This document shows, piece by piece, positions 1 to 13,557 of a DNA stretch of 64,000 bases. Each line of letters opens with the position of its first letter. The first letter of the stretch is position 1. The stretch is taken from NCBI RefSeq assembly GCF_037042905.1, contig NC_087250.1, positions 7,504,001 through 7,568,000 on the forward strand. Direction: 5' to 3'. A program made the position numbers and the translations under genes. The notes below the pieces were generated by a model. It saw nothing but the letters and a program-made list of their open reading frames with translations. It ran no database searches and was not told the DNA's origin. Origin of the DNA: Lytechinus pictus (taxonomy: Eukaryota).

Positions 1-1566
1 GATTAATGGCTAACCTATGTGTTACGGGGAAATGGACGTTAGTATTTGTTCAGAAAACCTATAAAATATTTAATAATAATATCATACATTAATCCTCAAA
101 ATTTTCAACCTGTTGGGTAAATGGTGGGAGGACTATTATTGGTGTGTATACAATATGCAATGGGTGAGTTTCACTGGTTCCCGAACAAAAGTACTAACAT
201 CCAGTGCCGGCCGCACAGAAACGTTGTTAGCCTAACAGAGCGCTAACAGTAAGCCCAGTCACATCTTTCGGATTGTGAAGTCAAAACATTTATATCAAGG
301 CATTATTCTAACATCAGGCATCTCCGCCACCTGGCCACAGGGCCTCTGTTAGTGCATTGTTAGCGCTTACAGGGTCATTCCGTGTCAAATCGCAAAAAAA
401 AATTAAATTAAAATCGTTCCACTTCGAAGTTTGCTCACATTTGGTATATGGGGTAATTGACAGCATAAAAGAAATTCCAAATTTGGGATTTTAATGAAGA
501 TTTTAAATTTAATAAGACAAATAATTGCCAACTCAAAGCATTATTTCGGCCCAGGTCGGTGTTTCCTAAAGCTGTTCAGGGGTTACGAGCGACTTTACAA
601 AAGACTGACGTTCCTTTCCTGGGATCTAAATCATCATCAATGTAAATTTGGTGCGCACATTTTACCTCAAGAAAGGATCACCAGTCATTTGTACCTTTAG
701 TCTTTCGTGAAGATGTTTGTATCTTACCGAAAGCTTCATGAAATACCCATCAGAATATGAAAAACATGTGTAGTGTAAATAACATCTTATAAAGCAAATA
801 GATTTCAATGGCTTCAAGAAATTTGACTTAGGCAGAGATATGTGTAGATATAATCGGTAAAATCTACACTGAACAAATCGATAATTAACTCTATTTCTAT
901 GGGACCACTGCACACCTACAGATGTGTTTCCTTTGCATTTTAGCAGAACCACTTCTTTCCCATCGATGTCCCATTTCATTAAGACATTTTATAACAAATG
1001 CACAATCTTCCTAACAAATTTACAATCAGCCAATCAGATTAAAGCATTACAGTAGCTTTTAACTGTTCTTGCAAATTCATTATCATAACAAGTTTAATGA
1101 AACGGGGCCCATGAATGCACTTTGATGCATCAATGCTGCTTTCATTGAAGACATCCCTTCTACAAATTCACCCCCTTCTCCACTAAAGGCCATCGAACAC
1201 CTTACGATTGGTCTGCGACCCGATTTTGAAAAAAAAAAAACATTGCAAAATTTGATGCGATTTATTGGGACATGGAACATCTAACAGTGTAAAGTTCCAA
1301 ATCATTGTGCGCGAACTTATGTTCATCTTAGCAAAATTCAAGATGTTATTGACAGGAAGTTTACCATATTCTGCTCTGAAACATTCCTTTTCAGTTAGGC
1401 AATTACTTGACTTACAGAAGGTTGACTTCTGCATAGAGTACTGTGTGGTCATAATCCACAGGAAGTCAATTGAAAGAAGGATTATATGGGGGAGGGGGAT
1501 CAATAATCCCACCCCTCGTGGACAATACCAAGGTTCAGGTTCGTTGTAAGGAGCTGTGACTCACAG

Positions 1567-2424
1567 TAGGGGAAGGCGGGGTAAGTTGAGCATAGGGGCA
1601 AGTTGAGCCACCACCCCCAGGCCAATAATTAATGAGTCAGATATTGTGGTGGTGTCATGTATTGATGACCCATTACATAACCTTCAACCCCACCACATTC
1701 ATTTCAACTTTGAAACAAAACATACTTTTTTAGAGGGAAAAATACAAATTTCAGCAAAAAAAGTACAAAGGGGTGTGAAATAGATCAGTGCTTTTTAACC
1801 CACACACGTCTTTAAATATAATAAAGAAATAAGAACAATATTGTTAGTCCAGGTATGGATTCTCATTCTTGTCATAGTCTTTTACATGATGGATGCATAA
1901 GAAATGTGTGGATGTGAAAAATATTGCATTAAGTTCGGACTGGGGTAATTTGAGCCAGCCAACATGGGGCAAGTTCAGCCATGGTAATTCTTGTAATGTA
2001 TAATAATAATAATAAAAAAAGCCATTGATATGCAGGCAGAAAGGAGCAAATTCACATGACAGTTCTTTTTACTTTTAGAGGATGTAAGTATTTATAAAAA
2101 ATTAGCAAGTGAAAAGATTTTTATTTTTTATTGGCATGCTGGTTCTTCCCGCATACATGTTGTACATAGTTTTTGTGGCTCAACTTACCCCAGAAGGTGG
2201 CACAACTTACCCCACAGATGGGGCAAGTTGGGCCATTTGACATCGTTTTTTTTTCAAAGGTCACAATGACTTTCAGTGTGGAGGTAGAAAGTTATATATA
2301 GGTGAAAAATATTTCCCAAGAATCAAATTTAAAGGCAAGGTACTTATTTCTACAATATGATTAGTCATATCGGTTCTAACATGCAAAATGCAAAAAGTGT
2401 CACAACTTACCCCGCCTTCCCCTA
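1567..2424. mobile_element. TA-flanked MITE (Tc1/mariner-pogo-like)
   Basis: TIR TAGGGGAAGGCGGGGTAAGTTG; internal GGGGCAAGTTGAGCCA repeats. Confidence 0.8.
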
Positions 2425-4115
2425 CCTATATAAAGGAGCTTTAATTAGACACTGGAGCGAGGTCAAAGTTACTTCCTCTTTGTTTGTCACTATTATATAA
2501 GGTTATCTAGTCAGATTATCATGTGATTTCTTTTTTGTCATTGGCTTCTGAAATTCCATGAAAACAACTAGTAAATTTGATTTTAGTTTTCACTTTTCTT
2601 GCAAGAATAATTTCTCTTCAACATTTCCCAATGTGTTACAAGCATGTGTACAGAGTTGCAAACTTAAAGATTTTAGTTCCCATCAATTTCTCATTTTCCT
2701 TTTTTTTTTTTTTGATCACTGATATCAGCTCAAGAACTGCAAGTGGTAAACTTCGCTATATTAGGTAGCATGCCCAGTGATCCTCAAATTGGCAAAAATC
2801 CTACCTAAGATCAAAGCAACATAATGAGTGGAGGTATAAACCCATTTGAGTACAAAGCTCTGCCATCGATTGCATATTTGTCTTCCAGTATCAGGGGGGG
2901 GGGGGATTCACAAAAAGTTTAGAGTGACTTAGAATCGCACTTCAATTCCCAGATGCCTGCAGTAAAAAATGCATCACCATGTTGGTCAAATCATGTTTAA
3001 GGTACATGCAATACTGCATATTAATTGATAAGATTTTGTGTTACATATCATGTGCACATAACACGACTTAAAGTGACACTTGACTCTGTGAGTGCAGTTT
3101 CATTCTACACTGCACTGTCATTTAAAGAAACAGGTTCACATCCTGTTTTTCTTGGCTCATAATTTTTTGTAGACATTATGAATTCATATAGCCTTTCACT
3201 GCAATCAAAATTTGAACCTAAGAATGCAAATTACGAGAATGGAAGAAAATTAACTAAGTATTTACTTGATCCTGCAGACATAATGACAGCTGGGTGTAAC
3301 AACCGCCTTGGCCGCAACTCGGACACGACACAATTTCAAAAATATTTATGCAAACTCAGAAAAGCCAACACACTGTGCACCTCCGCTAACAAAACAGAAG
3401 TATACCTATCAAGTAATAGTATTGACCGATAACCTCATAATGACCTTCGACCTGACGTATGACCTGTTTTTGCCACATCCAGGGCAAGAGGGAGAGTTAC
3501 AAATTTGATTATGGCCTATTGTCTCTTGGTTCATGGAACTCAAATCTTGTTCAAATTGTTCCTATTTCATATCTCTGAGTACTTCAATGTTGCAAAGTTA
3601 ATTGCGTAGAAGCTGCAGAGCTGTTCTGCAGGTTCGAATACTCCAAGGTTCCATAATCCATAGGTTCATTTGTCCTAGGGTTCGTTAATTTGAAAACAAT
3701 TGAGGTTTGAAATTCCAAAGGTTGGTTGAATTTGTTATTCAAAGGTATGATGGTCCAAAATGAATAAGTTATTTTCATAGAAACAAACCTCATTTCATTT
3801 TCGGACTATCGACCTTCGGAATACAAACCTTATTTCATTCATGTATTTAATATCAAACTGGTCTTTTACAACAAGAAACCTTATTTTCTTTTCCTTTTTC
3901 CTGGATGGCCAAGCTTTGAAATAATTCCACAAACATTTGGATTCACAAACCCATTTTGAATTCAAGGCTAACAAATATTTTGATGCATGCAATTAGCACA
4001 TTTTAAAATAATGAAACTAAACTTTGGAATTACAAAACCTTTGGACTAACGGGAGTACACCAATCTATAGTTATATTAGTATTGATTTATCTATCTAATG
4101 TTTAGAAGGAAAACA

Positions 4116-4952
4116 TCACACTTTATGCTTCTTTTTCTTCTTCTTCTTTGTGCTAGTACTTGGACCTTCGCCACAGTCCTCTTCATCTTCCTGATAATTT
4201 CTCTTACGTTTCTTCTTACCTGAGCTAGTCTCTGCCCTCTCTTCCTCCAGACCCTCTTCACTACTTTCCCTCTTACGTTTACTAGTCTCGCCACTAGACC
4301 TTTCTTCACTGTTCTCGGCAGTGTCATCATCGTGCGAGCAGTCCGGCGTTTCGGAATGTCTGCTCTTATCCTTCTTAGATTTTTTCGTCTTTTTCTTCTT
4401 CTTCTTGTCGCCGTTCTCATTGTGCTCACTGGCGCTTTCCGACTTGCTTTCATCGACGAGCCGCCGTTTCTTCTTATTCTTCTTTTTCTTCCTTCCAAGA
4501 TCGATGCCCTCGTCTTCCTCGATGCCGCTCTCTCCCCGAACCTCGATCTGCTCCTCGTTCTCCTCGTCGGAGTCCCGAGCAGATGCCCGCGCCTTCTTCT
4601 TCCGCTTCTTCTTCTTCTTCTTGCTGCGATTCCTCTGGCCATCCTGCCCCTCTTCGCTCTCCTCCTGCTCCTCTTCTCCTTCGTTCCCTCCATCCAGTAA
4701 ACCTGATGGTCCGGCGACGTCTACATCCGACCTCTGACCCTGCTCTGTGGCATCCCTGAATCCGAAGCCGCAACGAGGCACTTCTAGCTCGGTATCCGAG
4801 TGCGATTCGCTCTCCTGCCTGCGCTTTGCTTTCTTGAGGGTGCTCATCTTTTGTGCGAAGTATTCCCCGACGCTGCAGGAGCCTTTGATGGTGACGATAC
4901 CATGGGTGATCTCTTTCTTCTCTTTCTCTTCTTCGTTGTCCGAGTTCTCTAC
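4116..4952 (-). CDS. PINX1: PINX1 last exon, long K/E-rich C-terminus (EYFAQKM...KKKKKKHKV*)
   Basis: cacag acceptor in phase 0; EYFAxxM motif; lysine tracts; total CDS 1311 nt. Confidence 0.88.
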   Translation of the reverse strand, partial: VENSDNEEEKEKKEITHGIVTIKGSCSVGEYFAQKMSTLKKAKRRQESESHSDTELEVPRCGFGFRDATEQGQRSDVDVAGPSGLLDGGNEGEEEQEESEEGQDGQRNRSKKKKKKRKKKARASARDSDEENEEQIEVRGESGIEEDEGIDLGRKKKKNKKKRRLVDESKSESASEHNENGDKKKKKKTKKSKKDKSRHSETPDCSHDDDTAENSEERSSGETSKRKRESSEEGLEEERAETSSGKKKRKRNYQEDEEDCGEGPSTSTKKKKKKKHKV

Positions 4953-5010
4953 CTGTGAGGCATGGAGATAAAATATGAATGACACCTTACATGTTTTTAA
5001 TAAAAATTTT

Positions 5011-5435
5011 GGCCTGAATTCACAAAGGTGGTTTTGAAAACCCAAGATTGAGTCCATGGTTTATGCAGATTTCCAGTATAAATTACGCTTAATTTACCGC
5101 GTATATTAAAAAATGTCCAATGATCATGCGCGCTTTTGTCACAGTGCGCCAAATTGACGCCTGTTGCCATGGTTATCTACGTTATTTTATTCATGAGTCC
5201 ACTGTTTTGAATTAATGAGTCCACTCTTAAAACAGTGGACTCATGTATAAAATAGTGTATCTAACAATGGTAACAGGCGTCAATTGGCGCACTATGACAA
5301 AAGCGCGCATTAGCATTGGACATTTTTAATACACGCGCCCGATACACGATAAATTAAACGCAATTTATACAGAAAATCTGCATAAACCAGGGATTCAACT
5401 GTGGGTTTTCAAAACCACCTTTGTGAATTCGGGCC
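5011..5435. mobile_element. Fully palindromic MITE with GGCC ends (PIF/Harbinger-like)
   Basis: ~210-bp inverted arms. Confidence 0.8.
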
Positions 5436-6109
5436 ATTGATTCACAGGGCTCGATATAAGAATTCAAAGGACAAGGCCATTATCTATAAGGGCACTTATA
5501 TGAATGGTAGGCAGTGCTTACTCTAGGGGGGATCTAAGGCCATTTTCAATAGGACACATGCACTGGATTACTTTAGGGCACCGGGTGGGTGTTTCGTAAA
5601 GCTGTTCGTAAGTTAAGAGCGACTGGTGATCCTTTCTTACGCGCAAAACCATCGCTAATGAATATACCATTCGCCATAAGAAAGGATCACCAGTCCTTCT
5701 TAAAGTATTATTATTTTTAGTTTTGCTGGTCCAAATGTATTTATTTTATGCTGTTTATGATCTCAGAAGAGTCCCAAACAAATTTCATTGAAAAAACAAT
5801 GAAAAACATTAGGGTCAGAGGCAGAAGGGGCACTTATATGCTTGTATTTTGGCCTTAAGTTTACAAATATTTGAAAGGGCGTCACTGCCATTCTGAGGGC
5901 ATCTGAGGTCATGATCTTGGATGCCCTAAAATTAATTCGAACCCTGGATTCATGACTGAAATCTGCACACAATGTTCGCAAACATCAAATGCTAGAATCT
6001 TTTAATATAAGTATTGATCAAAATTGCGAGTCCACATACGGTATGCTTCCTTATGACATCACAAGTGTATCCAATATGTACATCAGAATCCTTGGCATGG
6101 CCTTCTAGA

Positions 6110-6529
6110 GGTAAACTGCCAATTCATCTACTGCCAACTCGTCCACCCACCACATGGTCTACTTCCATTTAGTCTAATGCCATTCCATCCATCAACATTT
6201 CATCTAACAACCAATTGGTCCATTAACCATTTGATCCAATCATCACTTCGTCTAATCACCATTTTGTCCATGACCAGTCCGTCTCATAACCAGTTGGTCT
6301 AATATCCGTTTCATTTTCATTCATTTTGCACAATTGACACTTTAGTCCAATTAGACCCAAATGGTATATGGACTAAATGACTATTGGACCAACTGGTTAT
6401 CAGACGGAATGGCATTAGACTAAAAGAAAGTAGACCATGTGGTGAGTGGACGAACCGATGGTAGACCAGATGATAGTAGACGAGTTGGCAATTGGACGAA
6501 TTGGCATTAGACAAACTGGAAATAAGCCC
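6110..6529. repeat. Dispersed repeat with short internal repeats; second copy at ~35570-35850
   Basis: Shared ends GGTAAA(C/T)TGCCAA...AAATAA(G/A)CCC and internal homology. Confidence 0.7.
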
Positions 6530-6688
6530 TTCTAGATGTCATCTCAGGTTTTACACACTAGGGATAAAATGTAGTCTGCAGTCAAAGACCTTTGGTTTTT
6601 GCAATTTGCATAATGCATAATGAAGAGTCTAAAGTAGTGAGACTAGATTCACAATGTACTGCAGTCGGCAGCCTCTACTAAAGATAAA

Positions 6689-7000
6689 GGCCCATATTCT
6701 GAAGTCAGGTTTAACTTAGACCACGGTCTAACTCTGTGCTAAAATTATGGGAAGCCAAAAGTTCAAAAATTCTGTTTATATTGTATATTTCTAATGTTTA
6801 CAATTTGGTTTCCTTTTGCTTTCATAAGGAAGAAATATACTTCAGTTATCATTCCCAGACAATTATGAAAAATTTGGATGTCATATGAGTTAATAAATTG
6901 AATGTGTACTGTTAGGAATTTGTGCGTCAATTGGCTCTCCATAGTTAAACCACAACTTTAAACCAGGGTCTAAGTTAAACCTGACTTCAAAATACGGGCC
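6689..7000. mobile_element. Harbinger-like MITE family A
   Basis: TIR GGCCCRTATTCTGAAGTCAGGTTT; five copies in the window. Confidence 0.8.
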
Positions 7001-7149
7001 AGAGAGTTTTGAGTCTCGTCTTCACTCTTAGACATGGGAATTTGTTAAAGTGTCACATCTGAGTCTGTGCTTGCAGACTAGGAGGTAAAATGATGCCTCC
7101 AGAATACTGCACCCTAAATGTGCGTAGTAGGTAGATTGCATAGAATTAA

Positions 7150-7745
7150 AGGGGAACCCAGCCTCGGTTATAAATGTTGAGTTGGAAAGGAGAAAAAATA
7201 AAGAAAACAGAATGGTGAATATTTGAAAGAAATCGGACAAGCGATAAGAAAGTTACGGCTACTTTAAACTTGCGATCCCTAGGACTATGTAGATTTCAAA
7301 TTGGCAACTGGGTAATAAATTATGACAAGGGGCAAGGACAACATTCTCATAGGCCATGTACTTAATTATCAGGGATTTGTGGTTTTCTCCTAAATACCCA
7401 TTCCCCTGGGGCAATAATTTAAATATAACCCAGGTAGTATATTGTTTTATGTCCTCATGAAAGAAAAATATAATTTGAAGTATGACTTTTTGAAAAAAAT
7501 TACATTTTAGCCATAATATGTATTGGAGTACATGGAAGAGTAGTCCTTGCCTTACATCACTATGACATCCCATATGCGGCCAATTTGAAGTCTCCATGGG
7601 TATAGTGATTACCAATATTTACAACTTTTAAAAAATCATAACTTTCTTATTTATTGTCCGATATTGTTCAAACTTTCACCTATCAACTTGTCTGATTTTT
7701 CTTTTTTCCTCTAAAAACAAGTTTTTATTTGGGTTGGATTCCCCT
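7150..7745. mobile_element. Kolobok-like MITE
   Basis: TTAA|AGGGGAA...TTCCCCT|TTAA. Confidence 0.75.
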
Positions 7746-8121
7746 TTAAAGTATGAATAGGTGACTTACTTGCTTTTGGCTACGTGGCATACTTGAACCC
7801 ATTAATGAAATTAGTACATGAAATCTGGATTTATCATGGTTTACAATTCAAGGTACATATGAATAAGTTGTTTTTTCTGTTTCTGCCATGCAGGAAAAAC
7901 AGAATTTCCTTTGTCATTTCATTTTTGAAAACACAAAAGCACTGCTTAAGCTCTGTGATTTCAGAGAGCTGAAACCATGCTGCATTTTTTGTTTTTGTAT
8001 TTTTAAAAAATGAAATGACAAAGGAAAATTCTGTTTTTCCATTTTCATGACAGAAACAGAAAAATGACCTTGATTTTTGCGACCATGGATTCAAATCCAT
8101 CTTTGTAAGTTTGAACATTCT

Positions 8122-8432
8122 GGCCCGTATTCTGAAGTCAGGTTTAACTTAGACCATGGTCTAACTCTGTGCGAAAATTATGGAAGCCAAACATGTAAAA
8201 ATTGTCCTTACATTGCCTGTTTCTTATGCTTACTGTGCTCTCTCCCAACTCGTGAATGGTGAAGAAAGTTATCTTATTTATCTTTCCGAAACAGTTAAGA
8301 ATGATTTGACCAAAAAATGAGCTGATACATTCATGCTATATTGTTAGAGATTTACGCAACTATTGGCTGTCCATAGTTAAACCACAACTTTAAACCAGAG
8401 TTTAAATCAAACCCAACTGCAGAATACGGGCC
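8122..8432. mobile_element. Harbinger-like MITE family A
   Basis: Same TIR; 3-bp TSD TCT. Confidence 0.8.
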
Positions 8433-8448
8433 TCTGTGTCCAACTTAC

Positions 8449-8563
8449 CGATTGTGTTTGAGGTGTAACCGGAGCAGAACTTGTGAGGCGGCGTCCCAGG
8501 ATGCTGTTCATACCGTCCTCTCCATAGCGACTCATATCCTTGCCTTGTGTGAATTTCTTGTAA
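8449..8563 (-). CDS. PINX1: PINX1 exon 4 (HYKKFTQGKDMSRY...ILGRR)
   Basis: Matches the PinX1 HYxKFTxGKD motif; tttag acceptor, gtaagt donor. Confidence 0.92.
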
Positions 8564-8699
8564 CTAAAATAAATATCATACATTTAGAAATATTTTTAAA
8601 ATGATAGCATATACAGAAACAGAGACACTTCATTAAACTGATTGTATTGATATCTTTCCCCCACATGAATTTCTTGCAAGTAGAAGTGAACATCACAAG

Positions 8700-8935
8700 T
8701 AGTAGTGGTATTATTGTTATTATTATCATTATTATTAGCATTATTATTATTATTATTATTATTAGTAGTAGTAGTAGTAGAAGTAGTAGTAGTAGTAGTA
8801 GTAGTATCATTATTATTATTAGTAGTAGTATTATTATTATTATTAGTAGTAGTAGTAGTAGTAGTATTGTTATTATTATTATTATTATTATCAATATTAC
8901 TATTATTAATATCATTATTATCATTATTATTTCAT
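8700..8935. repeat. (ATT/AGT)n microsatellite
   Basis: Direct inspection. Confidence 0.95.
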
Positions 8936-9643
8936 TTGGTATAATCAGACATAAACAACATATACAAACAATAGGATAAGGAGAGTCACATGGAAGCCGT
9001 GAAAAGAAAAATAACAAAATAACTATAACCTGAAGGTCTTCCTTTTCAATCCATGTAAATTTACAAAGATAACATACATGTATTACAGAATAGTAAAACA
9101 AAGTTATAGTTGTTGAAGATCATAACACAATAGAATCAAACATATATATTATAAATCCTAATCGGATATAGCCAATACTCCAAGATATTGATACATCCAG
9201 GGTGATTTTCCTGGGACACGCACTTCCCATAGCAATAAGTGCAGCAGCTGATCCACGCCACTATTTACAGCTAGATAGCTCAGCTAATTGTGAAAATGTG
9301 AAATTTATTTCTGTAGATCTAAGGAATTTTAAAACTGTCAGTGGCTGACAGTTCGATAACTGATGGGGTTTTGAACAGTAGAGATGTTCCTGAAGCTGCA
9401 AAGTGATGATCAGCTATTCGAACAGAAAAATATCCCTCAGTGTGTCAGGGTACTTGGAAAGAAATAATTTTCATCAATACATGATATCACCGAATATCGG
9501 CTATATATGAGGAGAATTTAATATAGAAATAAATATTTCCACTTGACTGCCAGTTTTATCGTTTCATCATTGAAATGAAAGGGGATTTTCTGGAATCGCC
9601 GCGAGCCTGATGTAATTTTTCTTCTTGGTCAGATGTTACTCAC

Positions 9644-9806
9644 TGGACTCTGCTGCGAGACTTCTTGGAGCGTTCTTCCAAGCTCAAGGCTTCTCTTTCG
9701 TTTGACGTAGAGGGCGCATGTCCCTCGTTGAGGGAGCTGAGAAGGTCGTTGAAATCGTCTTGATGAGCGATCCAATTGTCTTCTTGGCTAGCCTTGCATC
9801 CAATCC
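9644..9806 (-). CDS. PINX1: PINX1 exon 3 (GIGCKASQEDNWIAHQDDFNDLL...SLEERSKKSRSRV)
   Basis: EDNWIAHQDDFN is diagnostic of PinX1; AG/GT boundaries in phase. Confidence 0.95.
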
Positions 9807-9906
9807 CTATCAAATTTGAAATATCATTTGTAACGATGATGAAAGTCAATTCAATCCATATTCACTTCACAATATCTAAGGTTTGCTCAATTAGAAAAAT
9901 ATCTGG

Positions 9907-10346
9907 AGATAATGATTATGATGATGATGAAGATGGTGATGATAATGATGATGATGGTGTTGATAAGAAAGATGGTGATGATGATTATATTGATGACGAC
10001 GATGATGATGATGATGGTAATCATTATCATGATGATGAAGATGATGATGATGATCATGGTGATGATAGTGATGATGATGATGGTGATGACGATGATGATA
10101 ATGCTGAAGATGATGATGGTGGTAATGATGATGATGAAGATGATGATGACGATGATGATGGAAATGATGATGACGATGATGATGGAAATGATGATGACGA
10201 TGGTGTTAATAATAAGGGTGGTGATGATGATGATGACAATGATGATGGCAATGATGATTATGACGATCTTAATGATGATGATGATGATGATAATGATGAT
10301 GCTAGTGATGAACGTTATGATGATAATGAAAATGATGATGATGATA
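9907..10346. repeat. (GAT)n degenerate microsatellite
   Basis: Direct inspection. Confidence 0.95.
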
Positions 10347-10521
10347 TAGTGTTGTACAAATGCACAGGTCCTTAACACGACATATATTTCTAATATGATT
10401 TTTAGATTTATTAACTTCGTTTTCCTGGTCACACATGTGTAAAGCATTATAGCTGAATACCCCCCCCCCCCCTCCCCCCCCCCCACCACCCCCTCTCCTC
10501 TACTGGCCAGTGCAAACTCAC

Positions 10522-10644
10522 CTAAGTTGTTATTCTTGAGAGAAACTTTGACGTGTGAGACGTTTCCATCCTCTTTGATCCCAAGACCTTTGCCCTTTGA
10601 CCAACCCATCTTCTCCATCAACTTCTGACCAAACTTGGAGGAAT
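10522..10644 (-). CDS. PINX1: PINX1 exon 2, G-patch domain (DSSKFGQKLMEKMGWSKGKGLG...KNNNLG)
   Basis: G-patch motif; ttcag acceptor and gtgagt donor; 123 nt. Confidence 0.95.
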
Positions 10645-10659
10645 CTGAATGAACAGAAC

Positions 10660-11130
10660 ATAAAGAGAGATGGAGAGAGAGTAGGGGGTGGGGGGAAAGA
10701 GCGGGGTGGAGAGAAGTGGGAGAGGGGAAGAAAGAGATTGGGAGATGGGGTTAGGGTGGGGTGGGAAGATGTGTGAAGGGAGAAAGAGAAAGAAAGAAAG
10801 ATTGATTGGGAGAAGGGGTTGGGGTAGGGTTGGGGAGAAGTGGGAGAGAGGAGAAAAGAGAGAAAGATAAAGATTGGGAGAGGGGTTGGGTGCAGAGAAA
10901 TGGGAGGGGAAAAGAAAGAAGGATAGATTGGGAGAGGGGTTGGGTGGGGATGTTAAGAAGTGGGAATTAAGGGAGAAAGATAAAGAGGGATAGATATATT
11001 GGGAGAAGGGGTTAGGGTGGGGGTGGGAAGTGGGAGGGGACAAAGATAGATTTGGAGTGGGGGTTGGGGTGGGGTGAGAAGTGGGAGGGGAGAAAGGGAA
11101 AGATATATTGAGGGGAGAGAGAGAGAGATA
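10660..11130. repeat. Purine-rich (G/A) low-complexity repeat upstream of the PINX1 exon 2 acceptor
   Basis: Recurrent GATTGGGAGARGGGTTRGG units. Confidence 0.85.
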
Positions 11131-11671
11131 AACATTTAGAAAAATTATTCAAACCTAAGAAAAGGATTGGAAACCGTCCTTATGTAATTTAAATGGATAC
11201 TTGTGGCTGCTCTTGCATACACGCTTAAACCTCTGTATTCAGATCCAGTTTGCTGATTTTAAGATGTTTGTACATGGAAACAAGATGGCGGCGTAAACAT
11301 TGGGCAATTCTCTTCCGTCTTTTCATATTTTTCTCATTTTTTTTATGAATTCTTGTTTAAAAATAAAATCGATAGCGTAGAAATGTCGGAAATGAAGTTG
11401 TACCCCATGTACATGATAGGGCTAGATCTTTTTTCTAGAAGTAGAAATCTTGGGGGGGGGGGAAGTTTCAGGTGTTGGGGCGGTACGTGCAGATACATGT
11501 ATGAATGGGAAGGAATTCCTGGCTTCGACCTTCGTTGAGAGTAAGCATAGGTTAGTAAATAATTTTTTTTTACTCTCTAGAACTAAACTCTAAAGCCTCC
11601 TCCTGCCTGGCCTGCATGGGCTGGCAATACTATTATTACTAACCCAGGGAGCTCCCGCCTGCTGCGCGGGC

Positions 11672-12144
11672 GGGAGCCCAGGGGCTTACCGTGTATTTGA
11701 CCATAGTCACCGGACTAGGGTGATTTATGGTCTAAATATTTCTCTAAATGAATTGTGAAAACAGAAAGTATACAATTACCACGATTATATGGATGAAGGT
11801 CTAACGAGTGGCAGTTTCCTGACATCTGGGCACAGACTGGAACCTCAAAAAAACGAAAAGTTCTCTCCTTCTACCCAGTCTCGATCGGCCATTTTGTTAC
11901 GATTTTTAACAAAAATGGCCGATCGAGACAGGGAAGAAGGAGAGAACTTTTCGTTTTTTGAGGTTCCAGTCTGTGCCCAGGCAGATGTCAGGAAACTGCC
12001 ACTCGTTAGACCTTCATCAATATAATCGTGGTAGGCCTAATTGTATACTTTCTGTTTTCACAATTCATTTGGAGAAATATTTAGACCATAAATCACCCTA
12101 GTCCGGTGACTATGGTCAAATACACGGTAAGCCCCTGGGCTCCC
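11672..12144. repeat. Near-perfect long palindrome (~230-bp arms, tiny loop), foldback-type MITE
   Basis: Arms are reverse complements around ~11903. Confidence 0.9.
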
Positions 12145-13110
12145 TGGGGCTGGGTTATAATAGTGGCATGGCTACCTTTTTCTTGAAAATCTGTGTTTTT
12201 TATAAGAGTGCACGCGCGGCCCACGTCCAAAACTGAAAAAACACCACTTTTCCACGCGGTTTCTTTTTGTCACGCATGTGTACAGCAATTATATTTGACT
12301 GCCCCCTCCGGGATGTAATGTAGAGCTCTGACTCTGAGCTCAAGCCCAAGCCTTGGCCTCAGCTCCGCCAACGCAGCACCGCGAAGGCAGCGGAGCTTAC
12401 CTGCTGCTTAGCCGAGTTCACATACACGCATTTTATCGTATTTACATGTATAGTCACGTATTGTATTACCGGACGCGCATATTACTGCATTCGAAAACAA
12501 TTTTGTACCGTAAGACTTCCGCAATTCAATTTCACAGAGCAATACATAGAACAGGATTGCAAAAACAAGGCGAAAAAAATCCAACTTTTACCTTATTTAT
12601 CTCTAAAATGACAGAAAATGCTTAAAATATCAAATAACATAGTTTTGCATTAACAATTGATATATTTTCTAACGGAAATATGGGTCTGATCTGCCGAATT
12701 TCAATTAATCTCGTCCGCTCCTTCGATCGAATGATGAGGTGTGGTGTATTGTGGGTGATCGTCGACGGCTAGTTCTCAAGGTACCCGTGCGCGAGGTTTA
12801 CCGTGAGCACCGTGAGTATAGAGCCGTCGACGATCGGCAGCGCATCGATAGAACTTGATGAGCGTCACGATACGAACGAGCATAATATTGGAAAGTTCCA
12901 TGAAACATGCAGCTAACAAGAAAAAATAAAATAAGTTATCAAACACGAATTTATTACCAACATCTGCTCAGAATCGATATAAAAACAGCAAACAAAAACT
13001 TAGAATTTACTCATGATATTATATAAGAAGAAAAAATCACACAAATTTGTTCTTACATCATTATAATCAAGAATATCTTTACCCGTCCGGCGCGCGTCCG
13101 GAATCATGAT

Positions 13111-13557
13111 CAGTAGAGGCGCACGGCCAATATTGGAGACTGTCTCCAATGTGGGAGATTATCTCCAATATCAGAGACTTTTGTAAAGAATTTGGGTATC
13201 CAATTTCAGAGACAGTCTCCAGTTTTGGAGTCCAATTTCCTTTGTTTACATTTGCTGCAAAAGGATTACCTTGGCGGCAAATAAAAATGTGATAAGCAGA
13301 TTCCTCATGAAAAATTACCCCTTTTCACCGTCTACTTTAAAAATTCACCGTCTACTTTTATTTTGATAAGGGATTTTGTTGTCAATCACACACAAAACAA
13401 ATGGGCTTCTGACCTCAGTGAGACAAAATTTTGGGTGGAAAAAATCATACTTTTGTTGGTGTTGTTTCTTTTGTCCTTTTGCAAAGCAAGTCTCCAATGT
13501 GGGAGATTGTCTCCCCTATTGGAGAGAGTCTCCCATATTGGCCGTGCGCCTCTACTG
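13111..13557. mobile_element. hAT-like MITE (CAGTAGAGGCGCACGGCCAATA TIR) with subterminal TCTCCAAT repeats
   Basis: 22-bp TIR; TSD not clearly conserved. Confidence 0.75.

Noticed and set aside
4091..4971. Overlapping alternative-frame and antisense ORFs, including the R-rich 200-aa ORF
   Set aside because: Shadows of the low-complexity PINX1 last exon.
8532..10621. Long ORFs rich in I, L, D, M or S
   Set aside because: Artefacts of trinucleotide microsatellites; only the embedded PINX1 exons are real.
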